A DNA stretch of 63,868 nt from Gemmatimonadales bacterium (GCA_035495075.1 DATJGL010000347.1:1-63868); one strand, 5' to 3'. Counted from the stretch's first letter, positions 9,835 through 19,438 are shown. Made by a program: numbers and translations. The notes: generated by a model not told the origin, from the sequence alone.

Positions 9835-10890
9835 ATGCCCGATTCTCCTACACCGTCTTCTCTCGGTTTCCGCATGCCGCCCGAGTGGGCCCCCCATCGC
9901 GGCACCTGGCTCAGTTGGCCCCACAAGGAAGCTTCATGGCCCGGCAAGTTCGAGCCGGTGCCCGGCATCTTCGCGCAGATGGTACGGGTGCTCGCCGAGC
10001 ATGAAGAGGTGCACATCAATGTGGCGGGGCCGGACATGGAAGCCGACGTCAGGACGCTGCTCGAACGGGCCAGATGCCCCATGCAGCGAGTGTTTTTCCA
10101 CGGCCACCCGACCGACGACGCATGGTGTCGCGACCACGGTCCGATCTTTGTCCAGCGGCAGCAGAACGGTCTGACCGAAGAGGCAATCGTAGACTGGGAC
10201 TACAACGCCTGGGGCGGGAAATATCCCCCGTTTGCGCAGGATGACGTCATCCCGAGCCTGATCGGGCAGGAGCTCGGCCTCACCGTCTTTCACCCCGGCA
10301 TCGTCATGGAAGGCGGCTCGCTCGACGTCAACGGTCAGGGCACATTGCTCACGACCGAAGCCTGCCTGCTCAACCCCAATCGCAACCCGGAGCTGGAACG
10401 AGGCGACATCGAGGAGTACCTGCGAGCGTATCTTGGGGTCACGCACATTCTGTGGCTGGGCGATGGAATTGCAGGAGACGATACCGACGGCCACGTGGAT
10501 GACCTCACCCGGTTCGTGGACCCTCGGACGGTCGTCACCGTAGTGGAGGAGGATCCGCAGGACGAAAACTTCGAGCCGCTGCAGGAAAACCTGCAGCGGC
10601 TCCGCACCATGACCGACCAGGACGGCCGACCGCTCCGGGTGGAGCTTCTTCCGATGCCCCGTCCGCTTTACCACGACGGACAGCGGTTGCCGGCGAGCTA
10701 CGCCAACTTTTACATCGCGAACGGCGTCGTCCTGCTACCCGGTTACGACCCCGATCAAGACGGAAAGGCTCAGGCAACGCTGGAGCGACTGTTTCCCGGA
10801 CGCCGAGTCGTCGTTATCGACTGTGCCGACCTCGTCTGGGGTCTGGGCGCCTTTCACTGCGTTACTCAGCAGTGGCCGCGGGCAAGTTAG
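9835..10890 (+). CDS. aguA: Agmatine deiminase (peptidyl-arginine deiminase fold)
   Basis: 351 aa. It has the motifs MPPEWAPHRGTWLSWPH, WCRDHGPIF, GGSLDVNGQGTLLTTE, DGHVDD and the C-terminal catalytic GAFHCVTQQ. Confidence 0.88.
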   Translation: MPDSPTPSSLGFRMPPEWAPHRGTWLSWPHKEASWPGKFEPVPGIFAQMVRVLAEHEEVHINVAGPDMEADVRTLLERARCPMQRVFFHGHPTDDAWCRDHGPIFVQRQQNGLTEEAIVDWDYNAWGGKYPPFAQDDVIPSLIGQELGLTVFHPGIVMEGGSLDVNGQGTLLTTEACLLNPNRNPELERGDIEEYLRAYLGVTHILWLGDGIAGDDTDGHVDDLTRFVDPRTVVTVVEEDPQDENFEPLQENLQRLRTMTDQDGRPLRVELLPMPRPLYHDGQRLPASYANFYIANGVVLLPGYDPDQDGKAQATLERLFPGRRVVVIDCADLVWGLGAFHCVTQQWPRAS

Positions 10891-10893
10891 GTC

Positions 10894-11295
10894 TTAGCTC
10901 TTCGTCCAGGATCCCGAGAGGGCAGCACGCCGGGAGCCACAGTTGTCGAGACCGACACCCGCGACGACTAGGCCGCCGTCGCTTGACCCGAGCACGTAGC
11001 GAGCCTCCTGGGTCGCGCACTTGGCGGCCGTCGTATCGACCGGGAAGATCAACGTATCCCCCTTGAAGGTGGCCTTCCCCTTCCGGCTGGGATTGTCGGC
11101 CCAGCGAGGCGACGGGAGCGTGAGCTCGATGGTTCCGTCGCTGCCGACCTTCATCTGGACTTCACCCTCGCCGTAGAGGTCGCGCTTATAGTTCCCGGCG
11201 TACTTCCCTCCAGCGCCGCCACAGGCGGTAACTGTGAGCAGGCCCAGCAAAGCCAGCGATGGCGCATTAGTGGCACCGCGATACCAAACCGGCAT
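10894..11295 (-). CDS. Lipoprotein of unknown function
   Basis: An internal ATG at 11295 is preceded by GAGGAGGG. The signal peptide has a lipobox (LLTVTAC). The upstream part of the tracked ORF is Arg-rich and probably not coding. Confidence 0.55.
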   Translation of the reverse strand: MPVWYRGATNAPSLALLGLLTVTACGGAGGKYAGNYKRDLYGEGEVQMKVGSDGTIELTLPSPRWADNPSRKGKATFKGDTLIFPVDTTAAKCATQEARYVLGSSDGGLVVAGVGLDNCGSRRAALSGSWTKS

Positions 11296-11423
11296 CAGTT
11301 TACCCTCCTCTATTGCCCAAGGGAGTTGTGGCACGGCCTCGCCGACGCCATGGCAAGCCCCCCATAATGTGGCACCCCGGCGGGACGCGCCAGTAGCGCA
11401 CGTGCCCGGCAGCCATCGCCTCG

Positions 11424-12728
11424 CTAACAATGGCGAGCCGCGGCACCGCACTCGCGCCAGTCCCCGCCCACCATGGTGCCGACGATGGCCCCATCACCAG
11501 CCCCGAAAATCAGCCCCTCGAGCAAGCTCTCGGCATCGAGCCGAGCCAACGAAGGCACATCGAGATCCACCACGACGAAGTCAGCCCAGTAGCCGGCCTC
11601 CAGCCGGCCGGCTTGAACACCCAACGCCGCCGCTCCCCCAGCCGTAGCCGCGTCCAGCAAGGCGGTCGCGACCCGACCCGCCGAGTCAGTCAGGACGCCC
11701 CGCTCTTCGCGGCGAAGCCGCTGACCGTACTCGAGCCACCGCATTTCCTCCAGCATGCAGATGCGGGCATTAGAGTCCGTGCCGATGCTCAGGCGGCCGC
11801 CCGCAGCGTGAACCAGATCGAGGGCCGGGAGCCCGTCCCCCAGGTTGCCCTCCGTCAGCGGGCAGACGCAAACCGATCCTCCGGCAGCGAGAAACCGGGT
11901 CATGTCACGAGGGTCGGTGTGGGTGCAGTGCACCGCCGTGAGGTTGCCGGCAATCTTCAAGGCCTCGTTCAGAAGCTCCATCGGGCGGCGGTCGTACGCA
12001 GCCCGGCACTCGTCGATCTCGGCGCGTTGTTCCTCGACGTGCATGTGAAACCGGAGCCCGCGCCGCTGCGCCTCGCGGTGGAGTGCCACGATCGCATCGA
12101 GCGGCGCCGCTCGTATGCTGTGCGCGACCACGCCTACCGTTTGAAGCCGTGGATCACAGCGGGCCAACAACCGGTCGAGCGCCGCCCAATACGCGGACAG
12201 GTCCTTCGACTCGAAGCGCCGTTGTGCCGGTTGCAGGGGCCGGCCGACACCGCCGGTGGTATAGAACGCGTTGAGGAGCGTCAGGCGAATCCCCGCTGCC
12301 CGCGCGGCGTCGAGGACGACCCCATCGAACTCATAGTCGCGGTCGGCCTCCAGGTGGTGCAAGTAGTGAAACTCGCCGCAGGTCGTGATGCCGGCATCGC
12401 GCATCTCCCTGAACGCCTGGAGGTATAGCGCGTGCGCGGTTTCAAGATCCAGCGAATCCGCCAGCTCGTACATCGCGTTACGCCAGGTCCAGAAGCTCCC
12501 CGCCCCACTCGGGAATCGTTCGCCCTTGCCGCGGAGGCCGCGCTGAAAGCCATGCGAGTGCGCGTTGACGAAGCCGGGAAGCATGGCTCGCCGCGCCAAT
12601 CGGAGCGTCGGGGTGCGCCCTAACGGCCCCACGGCTTCGATTCGGCCATCATCGCCGATGGCGATCTGAGTGTGGGATTCGAACCGGGTCCCGGTCCAGG
12701 TCAGGTCGGCTTCGACCAGTTGCGTCAT
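11424..12728 (-). CDS. hutF: Formimidoylglutamate deiminase (amidohydrolase superfamily)
   Basis: Starts at MTQLVE (ATG 12728). It has PGFVNAHSHGFQR, SFWTWRNAMY, GEFHYLHH and QRRF, which are typical HutF signatures. It lies in a hut operon. Confidence 0.8.
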   Translation of the reverse strand: MTQLVEADLTWTGTRFESHTQIAIGDDGRIEAVGPLGRTPTLRLARRAMLPGFVNAHSHGFQRGLRGKGERFPSGAGSFWTWRNAMYELADSLDLETAHALYLQAFREMRDAGITTCGEFHYLHHLEADRDYEFDGVVLDAARAAGIRLTLLNAFYTTGGVGRPLQPAQRRFESKDLSAYWAALDRLLARCDPRLQTVGVVAHSIRAAPLDAIVALHREAQRRGLRFHMHVEEQRAEIDECRAAYDRRPMELLNEALKIAGNLTAVHCTHTDPRDMTRFLAAGGSVCVCPLTEGNLGDGLPALDLVHAAGGRLSIGTDSNARICMLEEMRWLEYGQRLRREERGVLTDSAGRVATALLDAATAGGAAALGVQAGRLEAGYWADFVVVDLDVPSLARLDAESLLEGLIFGAGDGAIVGTMVGGDWRECGAAARHC

Positions 12729-12732
12729 GGCC

Positions 12733-13893
12733 TCACCTCGAACCGTCGGCGACACACCACGTGTGCACCACTCGCTCCAGCAACCTGCCGCCACGCTCGA
12801 ACTCGGCCACCGGCAGACATTCGTTCGCCTGGTGGGCAGCCTCGATCGAACCAGGGCCCCACAGGACGCAGTCGAGGTCCAGTGTCTGCAGCCATCCCCC
12901 GTCGCTCGCGAATGCAACCGCGCGCGAGCCTTCCTGACCCATGAGATCGCAAAGCGCAACGTGGATCGGCGCATGCTCGCTCGTTTGCAGAGCCGGGCTG
13001 TCGCCGATCGTCTCGACCACACCGCAGTCCCCGACCGCCGCTGCTACCGCTCGGCGAACCTGTTCGGTCACCCGCGCCGCGGTCATCCCGGGCATCGTTC
13101 GGATGCCGAGCTCGAGCACGCAGCGTTCGGGAATGACGTTGAGGGCGACGCCGCCCGCTATGGTCGCCAGGTTTACCGTGGCGTGGGGCACGGACCCGAA
13201 AAGACCAGCTTCCGCAGTAGCCTCGCCGGCGAGCGAACGGGAGAACTCGCCCAGGCGCTGGACTACCGCACCCGCCAGCTCGATCGCGTTGGTCCCCGTT
13301 GCGGGGTATGCGCTGTGGCCCGCCCGACCCTGGATGACCACTCGAAGCTTCAGATGGCCCTTGTGGAGCCGGATCACCGACAGCGAGGTCGGCTCTCCGA
13401 TCACGGTCGCACGCGGCAGTGCCACTGCGCCAGTCCACGTCTCGACGAAGCGGCGTGAGCCCAGGGTGCCCAGTTCTTCGTCGTGAGTGAGGAGAAGGAC
13501 CAGCGGACGGCGCAGCGGCGCCTTAGGTATGCTTGCGAATCGGTGAATCGCCAGCGCCAGGAACCCCTTCATGTCGCACGCGCCACGCCCGACGAGGCAG
13601 GCGTCCCGCCGAGTCAGGGAGAGTGGGTCGCTGACCCAATCCGGTTCGGAAAAGGGAACGGTATCGAGGTGCCCGGAGAGCGTCAGTCCACCGGCATGGT
13701 CCCCGCTAGGGCCGCCGGCAATCACCAGGTTCAGCTTGTCGCCCCCCGCCGATGGGTTGCGAAAGATCCGGACGTCAGGAGCGTCGAGATAGTCGCAAAT
13801 GAAATCGGCGATCGGGCGATTGCTGACCTGACTGGACGAATCGAAGGCGACCAGCCGCGCGAGCAGCTCCTCGGGCGTCATCAGGCCCGCCAT
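12733..13893 (-). CDS. M20-family metallo-deacylase (ArgE/DapE-like)
   Basis: 386 aa. It has the motifs LSGHLDTVP, GRGACDMKG and LTHDEELG, plus a dimerisation-domain region. It lies between hutI and hutF. An alternative ATG at 13881 forms TGATG with the hutI stop. Confidence 0.8.
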   Translation of the reverse strand: MAGLMTPEELLARLVAFDSSSQVSNRPIADFICDYLDAPDVRIFRNPSAGGDKLNLVIAGGPSGDHAGGLTLSGHLDTVPFSEPDWVSDPLSLTRRDACLVGRGACDMKGFLALAIHRFASIPKAPLRRPLVLLLTHDEELGTLGSRRFVETWTGAVALPRATVIGEPTSLSVIRLHKGHLKLRVVIQGRAGHSAYPATGTNAIELAGAVVQRLGEFSRSLAGEATAEAGLFGSVPHATVNLATIAGGVALNVIPERCVLELGIRTMPGMTAARVTEQVRRAVAAAVGDCGVVETIGDSPALQTSEHAPIHVALCDLMGQEGSRAVAFASDGGWLQTLDLDCVLWGPGSIEAAHQANECLPVAEFERGGRLLERVVHTWCVADGSR

Positions 13894-15101
13894 CGAGTCA
13901 CGCCCCCTATCACAGTTTCGACGCAGGCATTGGGACGAAACTGATACAGCCAGTGATTTACTTCGGGCGCGTCTATGATCGCGAAGTCGGCGGCCTTATC
14001 GACCTCGAGCGAACCGATCTCCGATTCCAGTCCGATGGCCCTAGCGGCGTGAATGGTCGCACCCTTGAGAGCCTCCGCCGGCGTCATTCGCTGCAGGGTA
14101 CACGCGAGTGTGAGGGCAAGCGGAAGATGCCAACTCGGCGCTGAGCCCGGATTGAAGTCGGTCGCGACCGCCACCCGCACGCCGGCGTCGATCAACCGGC
14201 GGGCCGGCATCGGCGCCTGACCCAGGTAGAGAGTTGCGATCGGCAAGCTCACGGCCACCACCCCCGCCTGGCGGAGCGCCGCGATCCCGCCGGTCGACAC
14301 GCATTCCAAGTGGTCCGCCGAGAGGGCACCCAACTCCGCTGCGAGCTCGGCCCCGCCCCCCGACGTCAGCTGATCGGCATGGAGCTTAGGCGCCAGTCCG
14401 GCAGCCCGCCCGGCGCGGAGTATCTGTCGCGCTTCGTCCACGGTGAAGGCACCGTCCTCAACGAACGCGTCGCAGCAGCGAGCCAAACGCTCCCGGGCCA
14501 CAGCAGGAATGATTCGGTCGACCACGAGCGCGACATAGGCGTCGCGTCGATCGCGATACTCGGAGGGAACTGCGTGTGCGGCCAGGAGCGTAGGCACCGG
14601 TCGCAGCGGCCCTTGCTCGGCGAGCCTGCGATAGACCCGGAGCAGCTTGAGCTCGGAGGCTTCGTCGAGCCCATAGCCGCTCTTGCATTCGACCGTGGTA
14701 ACGCCCAGCGCCAGCATGCCGTCGAGCACGGCGGCGGCCCGTTCGAGCAGCACGTCCTGCGACGCGGCGCGGGTCGCTCGTACGGTCGCGGCAATCCCGC
14801 CGCCCGAGGCGGCGATCTGGAGATAGCTCTCTCCCCGCACGCGGCGCTCGAACTCCTCCGCCCGCCAGCCGCCGAAAGCGAGATGGGTATGACAGTCCAC
14901 CAGGCCGGGAATGACCAGGCGTCCGCCAGCGCTCAGCGTTTCGCCCGCCTGAAACCGCGCGGGCAAGTCCGATTCCGGCCCAACCCAAACGATGCGCCCG
15001 TCGTCCCACGCCAGCGCGGCGTGGGGTATGGCATGGATGTCACCCTGGAGGCCTTCGGCACGGCAGGTCGCGAGCAGGCCAATGTTGCGGAGGAGAGGCA
15101 T
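13881..15101 (-). CDS. hutI: Imidazolonepropionase
   Basis: 406 aa. The motifs PGLVDCHTHLAFGG, KSGYGL, KLHADQL and ATDFNPGS are present. Confidence 0.9.
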   Translation of the reverse strand: MPLLRNIGLLATCRAEGLQGDIHAIPHAALAWDDGRIVWVGPESDLPARFQAGETLSAGGRLVIPGLVDCHTHLAFGGWRAEEFERRVRGESYLQIAASGGGIAATVRATRAASQDVLLERAAAVLDGMLALGVTTVECKSGYGLDEASELKLLRVYRRLAEQGPLRPVPTLLAAHAVPSEYRDRRDAYVALVVDRIIPAVARERLARCCDAFVEDGAFTVDEARQILRAGRAAGLAPKLHADQLTSGGGAELAAELGALSADHLECVSTGGIAALRQAGVVAVSLPIATLYLGQAPMPARRLIDAGVRVAVATDFNPGSAPSWHLPLALTLACTLQRMTPAEALKGATIHAARAIGLESEIGSLEVDKAADFAIIDAPEVNHWLYQFRPNACVETVIGGVTRWRA

Positions 15102-15114
15102 GACAACTACAAAA

Positions 15115-15200
15115 CGTGAACGGTGAACAGCGAACGGTGAACAGGCGCCTCGGTGCGCAGACTGAGCCCCCGGTTCACTGGTTACTGTTCACTGTTCACG
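15115..15200. repeat. Heptad-built palindromic element, copy 3 (inside the hut operon)
   Basis: Sequence: CGTGAAC GGTGAAC AGCGAAC GGTGAAC ... GGTTCACT GGTTACT GTTCACT GTTCACG. The right arm supplies the last codons and the stop of hutU (VNSEQ*). Confidence 0.8.
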
Positions 15201-16867
15201 CGGTTGATCATAGGGAGGTCCACCCCGCGCTCCCGCGCGGTTTCGACCGCGATCTCATACCCCGCATCCGCGTGCCGCATCACCCCGGTGCCGGGGTCGG
15301 CGGTGAGCACGCGCTCGAGCCGGCGATCTCCTGTGTCAGTTCCATCCGCCACGATCACCATGCCGGCGTGAATCGAATAGCCGATCCCCACGCCGCCTCC
15401 ATGATGTAGCGATACCCAGCTCGCGCCGCATGCCGTATTGAGCATCGCATTAAGGAGCGGCCAGTCCGCAATCGCATCGGAGCCGTCGCGCATTGCTTCG
15501 GTTTCTCGGTTGGGTGACGCGACCGACCCGGTGTCGAGGTGGTCGCGTCCGATCACCAGCGGGGCGGCCACGCGACGCGTCTTCACCATCCAGTTGAACC
15601 GCAAGCCCATCTCGGCCCGCTCACCGTATTCCAGCCAGCAGATGCGAGCCGGAAGGCCTTGGAAATGGACCTTCTCCCGCGCGCGCGAAATCCAACGACC
15701 CAGCGCTTCGTTCTTGGGGAAGGTCTCCAGCACGGCACGGTCGGTCGCTGCGATGTCGGCGGGGTCGCCCGACAACGCCGCCCAACGGAAGGGACCGGCG
15801 CCGCGACAGAACAAGGGACGGATATACTCGGGCACGAACCCGGGAATCGTGAAGGCTTCGCTGAGCCCCCGGTGATCGGCGACCTGGCCGCGGAGGTTGT
15901 TGCCGTAATCGAAGACCACCGCACCCTGGCTTTTGAGCGCCAGCATGGCCTCCACGTGCTGGACCATCGAATCGAGCACCCGAGTCTCGTAGCCGGCGGG
16001 ATCTCGCTCTCGCAGTCGCGCCGCCTCGGGGAGTGAGAGGCCGACTGGGATGTAGCCCACCCGAAGGTCATGGGCGGATGTCTGGTCGGTGATGACGTCA
16101 GGGACGATCCCGCGCCGGACCAGCTCCGGCATCACCTCCGCTATGTTGCCGACCAATCCCACCGAGAGCGCCAGCCCGCTTCGCGTCGCGTCGAGCAGCA
16201 GCCTTAAGGCTTCGTCCAGCTCGGTGCAAAGCCGATCGCAGTACCCCGTCTCCACCCGCCGCCGAATCCGTTCCGCATCTACGTCCACACCCAGGAACGC
16301 CGCCCCGTTCATGGTGGCTGCGAGGGGTTGGGCACCACCCATGCCGCCGAGGCCGCCGGTTACGACCAGCCGGCCGGCCAAGGACCCGCCGAAATGCTGT
16401 CGCGCGCACTCGGCAAACGTCTCGTACGTTCCCTGCAGGATGCCCTGCGTGCCGATGTAGATCCAGGAGCCCGCGGTCATCTGGCCGTACATCGTGAGAC
16501 CCAGCGACTCGAGCCGGCGGAACTCGTCCCAGGTCGCCCACCGGGGTACGAGGTGCGCATTCGCGATCAATACCCGCGGCGCCTCTTCGTGGGTGCGGAA
16601 GACGCCGACCGGCTTGCCGCTTTGCACCAGCAGCGTCTCGTGGTTCTCCAGGCGGCGGAGTGTCTCGACGATCTTCTCGTAGCAGGCCCAGTTCCGTGCC
16701 GCCTTACCGCTCCCTCCGTAGACGACGAGGTCCTCCGGCCGTTCCGCTACGGCCGGATCGAGGTTGTTCATCAGCATCCGGAGCGCTGCCTCCTGATGCC
16801 ATCCCTTGCAGGACAGCGTGGAACCGGTCGGGGCGCTGATGGCGGGTGCGGAGGTGGATGTGCTCAT
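15182..16867 (-). CDS. hutU: Urocanate hydratase
   Basis: Starts at MSTSTSAP (ATG 16867). The sequence is highly conserved ([39 protein letters not shown]). Confidence 0.93.
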   Translation of the reverse strand: MSTSTSAPAISAPTGSTLSCKGWHQEAALRMLMNNLDPAVAERPEDLVVYGGSGKAARNWACYEKIVETLRRLENHETLLVQSGKPVGVFRTHEEAPRVLIANAHLVPRWATWDEFRRLESLGLTMYGQMTAGSWIYIGTQGILQGTYETFAECARQHFGGSLAGRLVVTGGLGGMGGAQPLAATMNGAAFLGVDVDAERIRRRVETGYCDRLCTELDEALRLLLDATRSGLALSVGLVGNIAEVMPELVRRGIVPDVITDQTSAHDLRVGYIPVGLSLPEAARLRERDPAGYETRVLDSMVQHVEAMLALKSQGAVVFDYGNNLRGQVADHRGLSEAFTIPGFVPEYIRPLFCRGAGPFRWAALSGDPADIAATDRAVLETFPKNEALGRWISRAREKVHFQGLPARICWLEYGERAEMGLRFNWMVKTRRVAAPLVIGRDHLDTGSVASPNRETEAMRDGSDAIADWPLLNAMLNTACGASWVSLHHGGGVGIGYSIHAGMVIVADGTDTGDRRLERVLTADPGTGVMRHADAGYEIAVETARERGVDLPMINRVNSEQ

Positions 16868-17014
16868 CGGCGAGAACCTTATGCGCGTGGAGCGGTCGCG
16901 CCAAGAGGCGCCGCCGTCGGCGCCGGGCATGCCCACCGGACCATGCAATCCGTCCGCGCCCGGACCGGCGTAGATGAGGTGACTCGTGACTCACCTCATC
17001 GCGGAGAGCCGGAG

Positions 17015-17353
17015 ATGCAAATCGTGCCAGCCTGTTTGGCCCTTGCCGCCGCAACGGCAATGTTCGGCCCCGCCGTGCCGCCAACGGTCACTGTCAAGAC
17101 CTTCACGTTCGGTCCCAAGGTGCTCGAGGTGACGCCGGGGACCACAGTCACCTGGACCAATGCCGACGATATCGAGCACACGGTCACAGCCGGCGATCCC
17201 GAGGGCCCGAGCGGGATGTTCGATCGCCCGCTCCTGAAGAAGGGCGCGGTGGCGTCGGTGCGCTTCGATTCGGTGGGCACGTGGTCCTACTACTGCAAGC
17301 GCCACTCGTTCATGCGCGGCGAAGTCCGCGTCGTCTCGAAAGGAGAGAAGTAA
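17015..17353 (+). CDS. Small secreted cupredoxin-like (plastocyanin/amicyanin-type) protein
   Basis: ATG 17015 follows GGAGAGCCGGAG. A signal peptide is present. The His...Cys-x2-His-x2-Met ligand pattern is present (EHTV ... YYCKRHSFM). The upstream part of the tracked 341-aa ORF is antisense to hutU. Confidence 0.7.
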   Translation: MQIVPACLALAAATAMFGPAVPPTVTVKTFTFGPKVLEVTPGTTVTWTNADDIEHTVTAGDPEGPSGMFDRPLLKKGAVASVRFDSVGTWSYYCKRHSFMRGEVRVVSKGEK

Positions 17354-17356
17354 CTC

Positions 17357-17983
17357 ATGCGCATTCGCTCTACCCTCGCGGCCGGCGCGGCGCTGGTCGC
17401 CCTAGCGCTATCCCCCGTTGGACCGCTACACGCTCAGATGAAGGGCGCCGACCTCAGGGTCGGGCTGAACACCATGCTGGAAGAGCACGTCTATCTCGCC
17501 GCCTCTGCGACCGGCGCGGCGCTGGGCGGGCGACAAGCGGAGTTCGAGGGCGCCGCGGCCGCGCTCGACATGAACTCGGTCGCGTTGTCGAAGGCGATCG
17601 GGTCGGTCTACGGCCCCGATGCCGAGGCCGCCTTCCTCGCCCTCTGGCGAAAGCACATCGGTTTTGTGGTGGACTACACGACCGGCCTGGCGACCAAGGA
17701 CAAGGGCAAGCAGGACCGCGCAGTTAACGCGCTCCTCGGATATGCCGGAGACTTCGGCGCCTTCATCAATGCCGCCAATCCCAATTTGCCGAAGGACGTG
17801 GTCGCGGGACTGGTCAAGACCCACATCGTCACGCTCAAGGACGTCATCGACGCCCAGGCCGCCGGCGATACCAAGGGTGCGTACGCCAAAGCGCGCGACG
17901 CCGCCGGCCACATGAAGATGATCGCGGATCCGCTGGCCGATGGCATCGTAAAGCAGTTCCCCGAGCGGTTTGCGATGAAGTAG
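17357..17983 (+). CDS. Secreted helical protein of unknown function
   Basis: 208 aa with a signal peptide (ALALSPVGPLHA/Q) and Ala-rich helical composition. It starts 3 nt after the cupredoxin gene. Confidence 0.55.
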   Translation: MRIRSTLAAGAALVALALSPVGPLHAQMKGADLRVGLNTMLEEHVYLAASATGAALGGRQAEFEGAAAALDMNSVALSKAIGSVYGPDAEAAFLALWRKHIGFVVDYTTGLATKDKGKQDRAVNALLGYAGDFGAFINAANPNLPKDVVAGLVKTHIVTLKDVIDAQAAGDTKGAYAKARDAAGHMKMIADPLADGIVKQFPERFAMK

Positions 17984-17988
17984 CCGCC

Positions 17989-18087
17989 AGCCATTCGGCT
18001 TTTGGCCGTTAGCCGTTAGCTGTTGGTGGCAGTCAGTCAAGCTGCGAACTACACCGACCGACAGCCAAAGGCTAACGGCTAATGGCT
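17989..18087. repeat. Heptad-built palindromic element, variant family (AGCCGTT heptads)
   Basis: A perfect 12-bp core TTAGCCGTTAGC (18009-18020) pairs with GCTAACGGCTAA (18071-18082) and extends to about 17 bp. The flanking AGCCATT/AATGGCT also pair. It starts 6 nt after a stop codon. Confidence 0.6.
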
Positions 18088-18133
18088 TCCCCCCTTGCAA
18101 CCTTCCTAACTTCCTGTCTATCCAACGCAGTAC

Positions 18134-18709
18134 ATGCCGTTCTCAGGATCCGGAGCCACGCTGCTGCAGCGAGATCGCGCCATCGATCGGAACGACACGG
18201 ATGCCGTGGAGGCCGCCCTGGCCGCCAGCGGGGATGCCCACGCCTTCGAGCGCCTCTACCGCGCCCACGTGGGCCGGGTGCACTCCCTGGTGCGGCGCAT
18301 GTTGAACGACGAGGATGCCGACGAAGTCACTCAGGACGTGTTCGTGCGAGCCTGGCAGAAACTCGCCACCTATCGGGGCGAGGCCGCCTTCGGGACCTGG
18401 CTCCACCGACTCGCGGTCAACGTGATTCTGGGGCGCCGCCAGATGCTGGGTCAACGACGGGATCGGTTCCTCCCTGATGACACCGCGCTTGCCACCGTAT
18501 CGGCCGGACGTGGAGTCCCCGAGCTGTCGTTGGATTTCGAAACGGCCATTGCTCGGCTTCCCGATGGGGCTCGACAGGTGTTCGTGCTGCACGACGTCGA
18601 AGGCTATCGGCACGAGGAGATCGCGAACCTGCTGGGACTGGCGGTAGGCACCTCGAAGTCGCAGCTGCACCGGGCCCGCATGGCGCTGCGACGGCATCTC
18701 GACCCGTAA
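18134..18709 (+). CDS. ECF-type RNA polymerase sigma factor (sigma-70 regions 2 and 4)
   Basis: 191 aa. The region 2 motif is FERLYRAHVGRVHSLVRRML...DVTQDVFVRAW, and the region 4 motif is VFVLHDVEGYRHEEIANLLGLAVGTSKSQLHRAR. Confidence 0.88.
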   Translation: MPFSGSGATLLQRDRAIDRNDTDAVEAALAASGDAHAFERLYRAHVGRVHSLVRRMLNDEDADEVTQDVFVRAWQKLATYRGEAAFGTWLHRLAVNVILGRRQMLGQRRDRFLPDDTALATVSAGRGVPELSLDFETAIARLPDGARQVFVLHDVEGYRHEEIANLLGLAVGTSKSQLHRARMALRRHLDP

Positions 18710-18716
18710 TGGAGCG

Positions 18717-19424
18717 TTGCGCATGATGAGCGATCCCTGGGCGGCCCGGCTGTCGGACTATCTCGATGGCGAGCTCACCGACGCCGAAAGAAGCGCGTTG
18801 GAACGCCACCTGGACGCCTGCCCCAGCTGCACCGCGGCGTTGGAGGAGCTGAGCCACGTCATCGATCGCGCGCGCCGGCTCCCCGCCCGAGCGCCGCGAA
18901 GCGATCTGTGGCCCGGCATCGCGGCGCGGATCGGAGGCGAAGCGCCGGCAACACCCATCGCAGACGCACGCAAGACCCGACGTTGGAGCTTCTCGTTCCC
19001 GCAGCTCGCCGCGGCGTGCCTGGCCGCCGCGGCCGTCTCGGGGGGAGCTGTCTGGTTCGCCGCCGGCCACTTGGCGCCGACGGTTGCCCCCCTGCCGCCC
19101 GCGGCGCCTCAGCCGGTCGCTCTGTCGCCGGCCGGCCCGCTTGCAGCGCCGGCCGGGCAACCGGGGTCGGCGGAGCAGAAGTACGATGCAGCCGTCGCAG
19201 ACCTTCAGCGCGTGCTCAAGCAAGGCCGGGGCACGCTGGACACGACCACAGTGCGGGTGCTCGAGCGGAATCTGGCGCTCATCGACCGGGCCATCGCGGA
19301 CGCGCGTCGCGCCCTCGCCGCCGATCCCAGCAACAGCTACTTGAACGCCCACCTCGCGCGGACCATGCGCCGCAAGATTGACCTCCTCCGTCAAGCCGCC
19401 GACCTCGTGGCGGCCCGGAGCTGA
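18717..19424 (+). CDS. Anti-sigma factor (zf-HC2 type)
   Basis: The N-terminus has H-x3-C-x2-C (LERHLDACPSC). A central TM segment (AAACLAAAAVSGGAVWFAA) is present. It starts 8 nt after the sigma gene. Confidence 0.8.
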   Translation: MRMMSDPWAARLSDYLDGELTDAERSALERHLDACPSCTAALEELSHVIDRARRLPARAPRSDLWPGIAARIGGEAPATPIADARKTRRWSFSFPQLAAACLAAAAVSGGAVWFAAGHLAPTVAPLPPAAPQPVALSPAGPLAAPAGQPGSAEQKYDAAVADLQRVLKQGRGTLDTTTVRVLERNLALIDRAIADARRALAADPSNSYLNAHLARTMRRKIDLLRQAADLVAARS

Positions 19425-19438
19425 AAGGAGCCGATTTC

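Noticed and set aside
10888-10896. Convergent aguA and lipoprotein genes whose stops are only 3 nt apart, with no terminator
   Set aside because: The arrangement is real, but it is common in compact high-GC genomes and there is no structure to annotate. It is recorded only as context.
16328-17014. N-terminal 229-aa extension of the cupredoxin ORF
   Set aside because: It is antisense to the highly conserved hutU gene and Arg/Pro-rich. The signal peptide and RBS occur at ATG 17015.
18088-18133. An ECF-type autoregulatory promoter upstream of the sigma gene (TGCAACC...TCTAT)
   Set aside because: The AAC-containing -35-like and TCTA -10-like elements are only about 12-13 nt apart, not the 16-17 nt expected. 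I cannot support the call without start-site data.
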